Shown piece after piece: positions 49,449-61,777 of a DNA stretch of 64,000 bases. The notes under the pieces are model-generated. The model searched no databases. It was given only the letters and a program-made list of their open reading frames with translations, and was not told where the DNA came from. Within the stretch, counting starts at the first letter, position 1. Each line of letters starts with the position of its first letter. Origin of the DNA: Mobula hypostoma (taxonomy: Eukaryota); NCBI RefSeq assembly GCF_963921235.1, contig NC_086118.1, positions 20,276,001 through 20,340,000 on the forward strand. Reading direction: 5' to 3'. Both the position numbers and the translations under genes were made by a program.

Positions 49449-50701
49449 CATGAATAGAAATTTCTGAACACTAGATTAAAGGCAACGAAGCAACCTGAAA
49501 AGAAAAAAAAAATGCCTTTCATGCCTTATCCTGAAAATCACAAGGGAGATGGTCTTCTTCGGTGGTCAGAGATAATTAAGTGCAGCAGATCAACTTTTCA
49601 TCCTGCAATAAGTGAAAATCAGGTAACAAAACCAGGAGGATTTGTCCATATTTTGTACCGTTCCCATATCCAGGACATCCAAAGCACAGTGTTTTGGTAA
49701 TGCATCACTGTTGTAATGTAGGAAACACAGTAATTAATGTGAACTGGAGACAGTCACTGTGGTCCTCCTGCATGGTAGAGTGGGCTTCAAGTGGAGACCA
49801 GGACTCAAATTGTAGAACCTGAAAGTATATTCCCACCTACCTCAGACAGGAGATTTAATATTCAGTTTATTTATTCTTAAATAAGATTTTTAATTAAGTT
49901 AATTTAATAAATGATCAAAATAATTAAAAATAAAATTGAATAATTTGTTAAAGTATATTTGTTGCCGCAAGTTAATCAGAAAATAAGTGAAAATAAGCAG
50001 ATAAAATTTTGACTGAACCTACTTTGACAATTAATGTCATGTTTGTGTTTGTGAACTTGGCCCATTCTTATATGGAGCCATGGCAGTGAGTGGTGAGCGC
50101 AGGGCAGAGCAAAAGGTCAGTGTGCCAGCAAAAAACCTCCAGCACTTCTGATTTCTCCCCTACAGAAAATATGCACAGAAGTTGAAGATACAATGAACTG
50201 TGAAGTTCATTGAATTGTCTGATGGCAATTCACTCCCGAACTATCGCCACATCAGTACTGAATCTGTTCCAAATAGTCTATGTTCATGAGAAATAAATAT
50301 TGGCAAATACAACAGAGAGAATTTTCTTGGAATTGGCCACGAGCTCCTTTACTTTCACCTTAGAGGCCAAAAATCTGACTCAATATGTTTAGATTTTCAA
50401 CCTCTTCCAACACTGCTCTCACATAAGTATGTGTTGTGACAGACAACACCCAAGTGTCTATTCCAATAGATGTCTGGCAGGCACTGAAATTGTAACTTAA
50501 CAAATCACCCAAGAATTTCACTCCAGCTCCACGCTCCTGCCCAACCCACCCACAGTAACTCGACAGTGGTTTGTATACTTGATTAACAGATTACAACGAA
50601 GAGCATTGCCAATAAAAACATTATTAAAAGTAGTGCAAGAATGTTTGCTGATTTAACTCTACGCTATACAGTTGTATCACACAATAAAAATCTACAGAGA
50701 A

Positions 50702-51030
50702 ACATAGAAAACCTACAGCACAATACAGGCCCTTCGGCCCATGATACTGTGCCAAACATGTACTTTGTACTTACTTTAGAAATTACCTAGTGCTACCCAT
50801 CGCCCTCAATTCTTCTAAGCTCCATTTATCTATCCAGGAGTCTCTTAAAAGAGCCTATCATATCCCATTACACGCACTCACCACTCTGCATAAAAAAAAC
50901 TTACCCCTGACGTCTCCTCTGTACCTACTTCCAAGCATCTTAAAACTGTGCCCTCTCATGTTAGCCATTTCAGCCCGGGGAAAAAGCCTCTGACTATCCA
51001 CACGATCAATGCCTCTCATCATCTTGTATA
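50702..51030 (-). mobile_element. CR1 3' fragment
   Basis: Minus-strand gtatacaagatgatgagaggcattgatcgtgtggatagtcagagg...gaagggcctgtattgtgctgtagg. Confidence 0.8.
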
Positions 51031-52009
51031 CCTAAGGACCTTTGTGTAGTTTCTATGATCTCAGGATGATCTAAAAAACTTCACAGCAAACGTAGCCAAA
51101 TGTGAACAGTATCTGCACAGTAATGTCCAAAAATAGTAAGGCGATATTAAAATCGCAATTATTGAAAGTACAAAAAATACATTATTTTTCTAGCAAAAGA
51201 ATAACCTTTCTAGATAAATGAATTTTGCTTTTAAATTTAGGGAAGCACATTTAAAAGAACACAGAAATGCATTGGATAAAAAACACATTCGTGATGTGTA
51301 TGGCAAATTCACTATTCTTACTTCTCACAGTTCCTTTAATTAACTTCTAAAGTTGCTGCTGCTTCAAACTATGTTTAGGTGCTTTCCATTTAAAGAAGAA
51401 TATTTTGTTTGTGTCAGTTGCATGCGATCAGTTACATTTAATCTGTGTTACAGTGTTTACCTGGCAGTGTGTGAGGAGATTAGCAACATAACTTTGGGAG
51501 AGAAGTGTGTGCATTACCTCATTACGAAAACTTCACCTACAATGCCTCCTGTGAAATGAACTCAGCACTGCACCACAAGAAGGATTAATTAATTTTGTTA
51601 TGTACATATCATACAGCTCATACGTTTTTGATGATACTTAGGGCGAGGGAGGAGGGATTGGATGTTATTTATTCATGTTTGGTTATATTATTATATACTC
51701 CATCAGGGTTTGCTTTTCCAGCCTTCTACCAGCTCACCACCATCCTGCCATCACATTCCCTTTCCCGCCCATTCCTCCCCATAGAAACCTCCATCCTCCC
51801 ACCACTCTGACAGTAAGACTGAAAACTAAGGCTCTGTGATGCCATTACATGAATCTGCCTATGTTTCATTTGAACTAATCCGAGCGAGTACTGCTCAGTA
51901 ATGTCCATTACACAAGGAGCAAGGGTAAATAACATACAGTACCTATGATTGATTGAGGACAGTAATTACAGAGCAAATATCCGTTCAAGATGTTCATTTG
52001 AATGATGAA

Positions 52010-52250
52010 GGTCTCTACCCTCTGCCATACGATTCCTAAATGGACGTTAAACCCAAGAACATACCTCACTTTTTAAAAAATATATATTACTTCTGTTTTT
52101 GTACTATTTTTAATCTATTTAATATTCATGTATATACTTATTGATCTACTTATTTTTTTTCTTTCTATATTACCATGTATTGCATTGTACTGCTGCTGCT
52201 AAGTTAAAAAATTTCACGACACATGCTGGTGTTAATAAGCCTGATTCTGA
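52010..52250 (+). mobile_element. Rex1/Babar 3' UTR fragment
   Basis: YPSAIRFLN terminus and cctgattctga tail. Confidence 0.65.
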
Positions 52251-52489
52251 ATATAATAATGAAATATGGGCGTAATCTAATCCAATGGTGAATAGCTTTT
52301 TCATAACATGGATCAGATCTTAAATCCGGATCATTTCATTTTTTTTTAAATTTAGCTACATATAAGCAGATGCTGATAATTTTAATCACAAATAGATGCA
52401 AATGCTGTAGTTCTCAATGGCTCCTCATTAACTTCTTGCCCCTCCACTTACTCCCCTTTTTTTCATGCTCTCTGCTTGCCCTGCATCAC

Positions 52490-52865
52490 CTAGTATTACA
52501 CCATGGCACAGCTATGCCCATCAATATGCTATCATATTGTTATATAATGACAGACCTCTGCCAACCAGTTCTGCACCCTAGTGTTGTACAATGACTGGCC
52601 ATGCACCCACTACACGGGATCCAATTGTATACCTCAATGTGCCTGTATTAAGCTGCATCCACCAGTATTGTATCCTAGTGCTGCATAATGACAGACCTGT
52701 GCCTCTTAGGAATACACTGACAAATTTGTGCCCGTTAATAATATACTTAACTGTTATAGAACAACAGACTTGTCCACCAAATGTTTTACTTCTGTGTTAT
52801 AGTAACAGATATGTACCACCAGTGTTATAATGTGATATATCTGTACCCACCAGTACTGCACTCCG
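52490..52865. repeat. Degenerate minisatellite with ~30-45 bp units
   Basis: Recurring gttataNNNtgacagacctgtNcccaccagt-like units. Confidence 0.55.
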
Positions 52866-53440
52866 TAGATGTATAGAAGAAGAGCCCAATACTAGTGAGA
52901 GCTCTATACCCCTAACGTAGATTTAGTTGTGGTAATGAAAATAAAGATACTGGAACCATTTGGCAGCTCAGACAGCATCTGTGGAGATTAACAAATGTAA
53001 CAGTTCAGGTTAAAGTTCCTTTATCAAAATTGAGAAATGCTTTTTTAAGATGGTATTCACATGAGAAGTTAAGCAGCCCCTTTCCATACTGCAAATTTCT
53101 ATCTGGACTGTCCTGATATATCCAACTCACATCAGCCAAGTTTGTGCACAGGATCGTAGGAATTCAAGTGCAAGTGATTTCTGGCACAAAATAATTGGTT
53201 TTTGTACTGCTTACATAGTATCCTGCAGAAGACCAACCCTGCATGCATCCCTTGCCGGTCCCATAAATGACATTTAGGGAGGAAAATGCCAGCAGTTCCA
53301 GGAAAATCCAAGGAATTGCCTTAGAATCTGTGGTCAGTAGTGACCACAGATACCTCCTGACCTCAGAAGGTATATGACCACACTTATTTTGTTTTGTCCT
53401 TTTAAGAACTTAATATGAGAAGTCAACTCCACCCACTCCA

Positions 53441-54095
53441 CATTTCTGGTCACCGAATTATAGGAAAGATGTCAACAAAATTGAGAGAGTACGGAGAAGA
53501 TTTACTAGAATGTTACCTGAATTTCATCTCCTAAGTTACAGAGAATGGTTGAACAAGTTGGGTCTTTATTCTTTGGAGCGTAGAAGGTTGAGGGGGGACT
53601 TGATAGAAGTATTTAAAATTATGAGGGGGATAGATAGAGTTGACGTGGATAGGCTTTTTCCATTGAAAGTGGGGGAGATTTGAACAAGAGGACATGAGTT
53701 GAGAGTTAAAGTGCAAAAGTTTAGGGGTGACATGAGGGGGAACTTCTCTACTCAGAGAGTGGTAGCTGTGTGGAACGAGCTTCCAGCAGAAGTGGTTGAG
53801 GCAGGTTCGATCAACACACATAAAAGTTGCTGGTGAACGCAGCAGGCCAGGCAGCATCTCTAGGAAGAGGTACAGTCGACGTTTTGGGCCGAGACCCTTC
53901 GTCAGGACTAACTTCGTCAGGCAGGTTCGATGTTGTCATCTAAAGTTAAATTGGATAGCCACATAGACAGGAAAGGAATGGAGGGTTATGCGCTGAGTGT
54001 AGGTCAGTGGGACTAGGTGAGAGTAAGAGCTCGGCATGGACTAGAAGGGCCGAGATGGCCTGTTTCCGTGCTGTAATTGTTATATGGTTATATGG
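53441..54095 (+). mobile_element. CR1 3' fragment interrupted by a PLE pLTR
   Basis: FWSPNYRKDVNKIERVRRRFTRML..LERRRLRGDLIEVFKIM; (tatatggt)n tail. Confidence 0.85.
53812..53918 (-). mobile_element. Solo Neptune-type pLTR insertion (107 bp)
   Basis: Reverse complement of 39065-39165; 13-bp TSD aggcaggttcgat 53799-53811 / 53919-53931; hammerhead GAAA mutated to AAAA. Confidence 0.9.
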
Positions 54096-54752
54096 TGACA
54101 GCAAAGCCCTATGGAACATAAATCCATTGCATATGTTCTACTGCCACAGGCTAATGCAGACTCTTTGATACCTGTATTGTTCTTCTGAATCTGAGTTGAG
54201 TTTCTCTCCAGCTATCCATTTGTCACTTACATCCTCCTCCATAATGTCTCCAGTTTCTGCTCCTGCTTTAGGTTTTCCAGATCCTCTGCCCTTTTTTCTT
54301 AGACTCTTGACTCCCTCTAAACTGCTGTTCTTATTTTGATTGACTGCAGATCCTGTTTGCATCGTTTCCCTCTGGGTGTTGCCTGGACTGGCTCTCTGTC
54401 CAATAATGACTGATGTTTTAAAATTCTCATCTCTTAGCCAAATCCTGTGGTCCCACCCTTTCCTATCTCAATGGCCTCCTCCAGCTATACACACCTGGTG
54501 TATTCCAGATGCCCTATGTTGGGCCTTTATTCATTCCCTATGTCAGGTCATGTAGAGGAGGCTTGACCCAAACACAAAGCAGTGGAGATGATATAAGGGT
54601 GAGCAAAAACTTTAACAGTAAACTGCAAAATAGCAAGCCACAAGGGGCCAGAAAACAAGAGAGAACAGATACTTAACACAACAAAGCAATAAGGTAACTG
54701 AACGCTGGAAACATCTGGTTGAGGCTGGCAGGTTCAATGTGTGAATGAAGAC

Positions 54753-54985
54753 TCTTCTTCTTCTTCCTCTGACTTTGTATGGCAGTTGGCAATCGAATTG
54801 AAAGGTGCATTACTGCCATCAACCGTACTGTTGAATCAAATATTTCAACAAGTGCCTCATATGTTTCATTCATATTCACAACTCTATATCCTACCCCTTT
54901 CCTTGATTTGAGTCCTCAAACTCCCTCAGCAACTTGCATTCCCCAAAATTTAAATCCATCCTCTCAGCAGCGATCTTGTCACCAG
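54753..54985 (-). mobile_element. Short non-LTR 3' fragment with (GAA)n tail (Nimb/I-like?) inserted in the chromovirus 3' LTR
   Basis: Absent from the 5' LTR; minus strand ends ggcagtaatgcacc..gccaactgccatacaaagtcagaggaagaagaagaag; degenerate TSD gaatgaagac / aaacaaagac. Confidence 0.45.
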
Positions 54986-57974
54986 CAAACAAAGACAGTA
55001 GATGAGAGATGGGTTTAAATAGGCTGCAGGTGATGAATAGGAAACAAGTTGCAGGTGATTCCTGGTAGCTGGGTAGAGACTGGGAGGTGCCTGCCTGTGC
55101 AGTCCTGACAGGACTTTCCTCCTATGGCCAGCATCTGATGGCTCAGAGTGACCTGAATGGGTCCAGTGGAATTTTTCGATGAGCAACGGATCAAGATGAA
55201 ATTCGATGACACCCAAGTCCTCTCCTTCAGGCCATACCCTTCCCAGTCGACCAGATACTGCACACCCCATCTGCGATGTGAATCCATCCACTGGTAAACC
55301 GTGTATACTAGACCATCTTCCACCATCCTAGGTTCTGGAGGTGCAGGCTCAGGTGGTTTGAGTGGTCCATAGACAACGGGTTTGAGGCAGGACTCGTGGA
55401 AGGTAGATGTGATCCTGAGGGACAGTGGCAGCTGGAGATGATAAATGACTGGATTAATGCAATGGCTAACTTTAAAGGGACAAATGAATCAGGGCAAGAG
55501 CTTGCAAGAATCAGTTTGCAGGGGCAGATTTTGGGTGGATAGTCAGACATGGTCCCCAGGCCAGAGTAGTCTGGCTGGGCACCAACGGCGGTTGGCTTGG
55601 CAGCAGTAGGCACAGTTGGCACTTAGCTTGGCCCTCTGTGCTCTCTTCCAAGCATTCTGACAATGGCAAACCAGCACCTCAACAGAGATCTGTAGCCTAA
55701 AGGAGGCATTAGGTTGTGGCACAGCTCTGTCCAGAGCAGATACTTTGTCCACGTGGAAGGATTTGAGGCAACGCAGCATCTCAGAAACTTCTCCACTTAC
55801 TGCTTGGCTCTCTCTGAGTGGCCATCGGTCTGCGGATGATAGCCAAAGGACAAACTCACTGAGGTGTGGAGGAGGGAGCTGTCATGGTCACTGTGGCCCC
55901 ATCAGAAGATGGCAAGCCCATGAAGAAATCTATGGCAATGTGGGACCACGGGCGTTCAGGGACTGGTAAGAACCACAGGAGCCCAGAGGCCACTGGTTGC
56001 AGGAATTGGACAGGGCACATTGAGGGCAGGCAGTGACGAACTGACGTACATCTGCAATTATGGTGGCCACCAGAGCCGGCATCACAGAAAATCAAGGGTC
56101 TGTCATTCATCTGGACAGCTGGAAAGAGTTAAGCAGGGAACCCTCCGGAGTGCCTCAGGGCGAACGGCTACCAGCAGCACATATGGTTGTCAGGTGTGTT
56201 ACCCAAAGCAAACTTCAACCGTGTGGCCTGACAGAAATGGTTCTCAAGATCCCAGATGCTCAGCGTGAGAGTCTGCCAGGATGGAATGATGGGATGAGGC
56301 TGGATTTCCCTTTCAGCTGGGTTGAACTGTCGTGACACGAGTCCACTTAAGTGTTCTTCGATCCAGGTCATTAGGAGAGAGTGAAGTTGAATTCCTCGAA
56401 GAAGAAGGCCCTATGAGCCTGTCATGGGTTGAGTTGGTGCATCTACTGAATGGATATCAGGATCTGGTGGACAGTCCAAATCAGGAAGGGCTCAGTGTTC
56501 CCCATCAGCCAATGTCTCCGTTCCTCCAATGCCCATTTAATGGCGAGTAGCTCCCTTTCTCCTACTCCAGATGACACTGTGTAGAGTTGAAATAGCCTAA
56601 GAAGAAGGTACTCCCATCCAATCCTCACTGAGGGAGGATGGCCCCAGTACCCACATCAGATGTTACCTCGGCTACCACAATTTCTCTGGAGGGGTTCAGA
56701 TGGCAGATAATATGAGCAGAGATGAAGCGTCTTTCGAGCTCTTTGAAAGCATGGTCCACGGCAGCAGACCACATTATCCATGAGGTAGGTGATTTGATGA
56801 GGGAGGTGAGAGAAGAGGGAATTTGGCTGTAGCTTCTGATGAAACGGTGGTAGAAGTTGGAGAAGCCCAGGAAACACTGTAACTGTTTAAGGGAGCATGT
56901 TTGGGTCCATTCAGCAATGGTGTGCAGTGTCTCTAGATCCAAGTTTATGCCTTGGTTTTCCAGGAGACAACGAAGGACTGAACAGTCATGACAAAATGTG
57001 GTCTTTGAGAATCTTGGAGAAGATGAGGATGACATTGAGGAACATAAACACATACCTGTGTAGCATGACTCAAAGGATGTCATGAATAACGAATTAGAAA
57101 GCAGCTGGACTGTTGGAAAGTCTGAAAATCATCAAGTATTTGCAGTGGCCAGTGGGAATTATAAATGGCAACTTCCACTCATCCCCCTCGTGGGTGCAGA
57201 TCAGGTTATAGGCACTCTGTCGATCCAGTTTGGTGAAGACTTGGGAACCACGGAGTGTTTCCAATGTGCTATCCATCACGGGGAGAGGATAGTTGTTCTT
57301 TATAGTGATTTTGTTGATACAGGGACAGAGACCCCCATCATTCTCTTTGACAAAGAAGAATCCTGCGCTGGCTAGGGGCTGGGATAGTCGAATGCAGGCA
57401 TGCTGCAGCACTTCAGCAAAGTAATCATTTTTGGCTTGGGTGTTAGGAGGAGAGAGGAAGAACAGACAGCCTTGGGGAGGGGTGGTTCCCGGCAGGAGGG
57501 TGAATGTGCTGTTGTGTGGTCTACGAGTGGCGGGGTGCTGGTTTCCTTCTTACTGAAGGCGATGGCTAAGTTGTGGTATTCCTGTAGAGACTGGTGATGT
57601 TGAGGGTTTCCTCCGTCCCCACCAGTTTACGGGGCAAATTCAACTGAGGTGTTCCTCAGCAGGCAGGTTGTCCGTCAGATGGGTTGTGGTGACCCACTTT
57701 CTAGCACACACGAACCGGCTCACGAAACAGTGCGCGCAGGCAGAGAGGCCGGCCCCAAAAAGGGCGCCAGGCCATCTTCACCAGCAGGGGGAAAATCCCG
57801 CGCACTGAAAGGGTCTGGGAATATGCATTCCCCACAGCAGTCCCGCCCAGGGAGGGCGGGAACTGGAAGGCTTTAAAGCCGGCCGCGAAGTTTGAATAAA
57901 TCTCTTTTATCGCAACTCCAACTCACCGACTATGTGTGGTTATTCTAGCGCTGTGTGTAGCACACCGCTACAAT

Positions 57975-57988
57975 TGGTGACCCTGACG
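57975..57988 (+). promoter_or_regulatory. Primer-binding site, tRNA-Trp type
   Basis: TGGTGACCCTGACG versus the tRNA-Trp complement TGGTGACCCCGACG (one mismatch), 2 nt after the 5' LTR. Confidence 0.8.
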
Positions 57989-58012
57989 GCCCAAACAATA
58001 TTTGGACCAGAG

Positions 58013-58717
58013 ATGACCAACGCCACATCTGTTCACACAGTTTCGTTAAAACTGTCAAGCTTCTGGGCGCTGCTACCCCGTCTGTGGTTCGAACAAGCAG
58101 AAGCTCAATTCCACATTCGGCAGATAACCTCGGAGTCCACTCGCTACTACTACATGCTGAGCTCCCTCGACCAGGAGACTGCTGCACAAGTTGAGGAGTT
58201 TATACAGTCACCCCCGGAGGACGGCAAATACACAGCATTCAAAGCCCTGCTCATAAGGACTTTCAAACTCTCACGGCGTGAATGAGCACGCCGCTTAATG
58301 CACCTCGATGGTTTGGGAGACAGGCCGCCGTCAGCATTAATGAACGAGATGCTGGCCCTGGCTGAAGGACACAAACCCTGCCTCTTGTTTGAGCAGGCGT
58401 TCCTAGAGCAACTGCCCGAAGACATATGCCGGCTGCTGTCCGACGCAGATTTCAGCAACCCCCGGGAGGTGGCGGCCCGGGCAGATGTGCTGTGGAATGC
58501 CAGGAAAGAGAGAGGGGCGCCCGTCACACAGATCACCAAGCCGCGTGCCCAACGGCAGACCAGACCAGGCCTGGCAGCAGAGCCTACAAAACCCGGCGAC
58601 AGGAGTGAGGAGCCCAATGAACAATGGTGCTTCTACCACCAGTGGTGGGGCACAGAGGCCCGCCGCTGTAGACCACCCTGCAAATTCCTGGGAAACACCA
58701 GGGCCAGCCGCCGCTGA
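58013..58717 (+). pseudogene. CsRn1-type gag (one internal stop at 58283-58285)
   Basis: VSLKLSSFW..LWFEQAEAQF..; CHCC motif WCFYHQWWGTEARRCRPPC. Confidence 0.9.
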
Positions 58718-61700
58718 TGGCTACGGCGGCTGACCATCAGGATAGCCTCTGTATGTCTGGGACAAGCAGTCGGGACGCCGCTTTTTGGTCGACTCCAGAG
58801 CGGAGATCAGCGTCTTACCTCCAACGAATTACGACACCCGCAACAGAGAACCGGGACCCATCTTGAGGGCCGCAAATGGCAGCACAATATGAACCTACGG
58901 CATCCGCACGGTGCGGCTACAGTTCTGCTCCAGCCGGTTCACGCAGGACTTCACACTGGCCGCCGTGGCCCAACCACTCCTGGGGGCGGATTTTCTGCGA
59001 GCCCACAGCCTGCTGGTCGACCTGCAAGGGAAGCGATTGGTCCACGCCAAGACTTTTCAAACGTTCTCCCTGGGTGAAGCAGAGTTGCCAGCCCCACACC
59101 TGGACTCCATCACGCTGTCCGATGACGAATTCACCAGGGTCCTGGCGGATTTCCCATCAGTACTGACACCGCAGTTCATGGCAGCCATGCCCAGACACGG
59201 AGTACAGCACCACATCCCGACCCAGGGACCACCCCTCCACGCCCGTGCTCGAAGGCTTCCCCCAGACAAGCTCCGACTGACAAAGGAGGCATTCAAGAAG
59301 ATGGAGGAAATGGGGATCTTACGACGGTCCAACAGTCCATGGGCCTCCCCGCTGCACATGGTGCCCAAGGCAACGGGGGGCTGGAGACCATGTGGTGAGT
59401 ATCACAGACTGAACGAGGCTACAACGCCAGACCACTACCCTGTGCTGCACATTCAAGACTTTGCAGCAAACCTACACCGCGCAAGGATCTTTTCCAAGGT
59501 AGACCTTGTCCGGGGATACCATCAAATCCCGGTACATCCAAACGACATCCCCAAAACAGCACTCATCACCCCGTTCAGACTTTTCGAATTCCTCCGAATG
59601 CCGTTCGGTCTAAAGAATGCCGCACAGACGTTCCTGCGGCTAATGGACATGGTGTGACGCGACCTGGACTTTGCATTCATCTATATGGACGACATCCTCA
59701 TAGCCAGCAGTAGTCGTCAGGAGCATCTGTCCCACCTCCGCCAGCTCTACTCCCGCCTGAGCGAATTCGGCCTTACAATCAACCCAGCCAAATGCCAGTT
59801 TGGACTCGACACCATCGACTTCCTGGGCCACAGGATTACTAAAGACGGGGCAACCCCGCTGCCTGCCAAGGTAGACGCGGTCTGCCACTTCCCCTGACCC
59901 AACACAATCAAAGGCCTGCGGGAATTCGTGGGTATGGTGAATTTCTACCACCGTTTCCTCCCCTCAGCAGCCCGAACCATGCGCCCCCTGTTCACTCTGA
60001 TGTCGGGTAAGGGCAAGGACATTACCTGGGACAAAGAGGCCACAGCCGCTTTCGTTAAAACCAAAGAAGCCTTGGCAAACGCCGTGACGCTAGTGCACCC
60101 CAGAAAAGACATTCCTACTGCCCTCACGGTGGACGCATCCAACACAGCAGTCGGTGGAGTGCTGGAGCAACTCATCGAGGGTCGCTGGCAACCCCTGGCG
60201 TTCTTCAGCAAACACCTACGACCACCCGAACTCAAATATAGTGCTTTCGACCGGGAGCTATTGGCACTATACCTGGCAATCCGGCATTTCAGATACTTCT
60301 TAGAAGGTAGGCCCTTCACCGCGTTCACAGGCCACAAACCGCTTACCTTTGCATTCACAAAGGTGTCCGACCCCTGGTTGTCCCGCCAGCAGCAACATCT
60401 GTCCTACATCTCCGAGTACACGACGGACATCCGGCATGTCTCGGGAAAGGACAACGTTGTGGCGGATGCACTTTCCAGACCTACCATACAGGCCCTGTCC
60501 CAGGGGGTGGACTATGCAGCACTGGCAGAGGCACAGCAGGCAGACGCTGAGATCCCCAGTTACAGGACTGCAGTCTCCGGTTTGCAGCTCCAAGACCTCC
60601 CCGTAGGCCTAGGTGAGAGGACCCTACCATGTGACGTAGCTACCGGCCAACCCCGCCCTGTCGTCCCGGCAGCCTGGCGCCGGCGGGTGTTCGAATCCAT
60701 TCACAACTTAGCGCACCCCTCCATCAGGACAACCGTCCGGCTGGTCTCCAACAGGTTCGTGTGGCATTGGCTGCATAAGCAGGTCAGTGAATGGGCCAAA
60801 ACGTGCATGCAGTGCCAAATGGCCAAGGTGCAGCGGCACACCAAGGCTCCGCCGCAGTGGTTCGAACCCACCCGCCGGAGGTTTGACCACATTCATGTGG
60901 ATATCGTGGGGCCCCTGCCAGTGTCGCGAGGAGCGTGATACCTCCTAACTATGATAGACCGGTTCACCAGATGGCCAGAGGCAGTCCCGCTCACCGACAC
61001 CACCTCCGAATCCTGCGCCCGAGCACTGATCGCAACCTGGGTAACCCGCTTCGGAGTACCGGCCCACATTACCTCCGACAGGGGCGCCCAGTTCACCTCC
61101 AGCCTGTGGTCGGCTATGGCCAACCTTTTAGGATCTCAGCTACACCACACAACTGCCTACCACCCACAGTCGAACGGACTAGTGGAGCATTTCCACCGTC
61201 ACCTGAAATCGGCTCTCATGGCCCGCCTGGAGGGGCCTAACTGGGTGGACGAGCTTCCCTGGGTCCTAGTCGGAATCCACACGGCGCCCAAGGAGGATCT
61301 GCACAACTTTTTGGCCTAGTTGGTGTACGGTGCACCCCTGGTTGTCCCAGGAGTGTTCATACCAGCCCCAAGGGGGCAAGAGGAAGAACCCGCAGCAGTC
61401 CTGGACAGACTATGTGAGAGGCTTGGTAACCTGGCCCCCATACCCACTTCACAGCACGGACAGAGCCCGACCTGCGTACCCAAAGACCCGCAGAACTGTA
61501 AGTTTCTTTTTGTACAACGGGGCGGACACCAGGCACCGCTACAGCGGCCCTACGAGGGGCCGTTTAAGGTGATCAGGAACAACGGGTCCACGTTTGTGCT
61601 GGACATTGGGGGGAGAGAGGAGGTTTTCATGGTGGACCGACTCAAACCGGCCCATGTGGACTTGGCGCAACCGGTCCAGGCTCAGGCACCGCGGCGCAGG

Positions 61701-61777
61701 GGCAGACCCCCCAAACAGAGGCTGATCCAGACTGTGGACATTGGGGGAGGTATCGCCGGTTCTGGAGGGGGGGTTTA
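58690..61777 (+). pseudogene. CsRn1-type pol (PR-RT-RH-IN) in the -1 frame, several stops
   Basis: FLVDS.AEIS protease; SPWASPLHMV..DLVRGYHQ..MPFGLKNA..YMDD RT; VDAS..RELLA RNase H; HNLAH..CMQC, HVDIVGP, TSDRG and LQRPYEGPF integrase. Confidence 0.9.

Noticed and set aside
52490..52865. CRISPR-like array
   Set aside because: Eukaryotic context, degenerate units, no constant repeat with unique spacers, and no cas genes.
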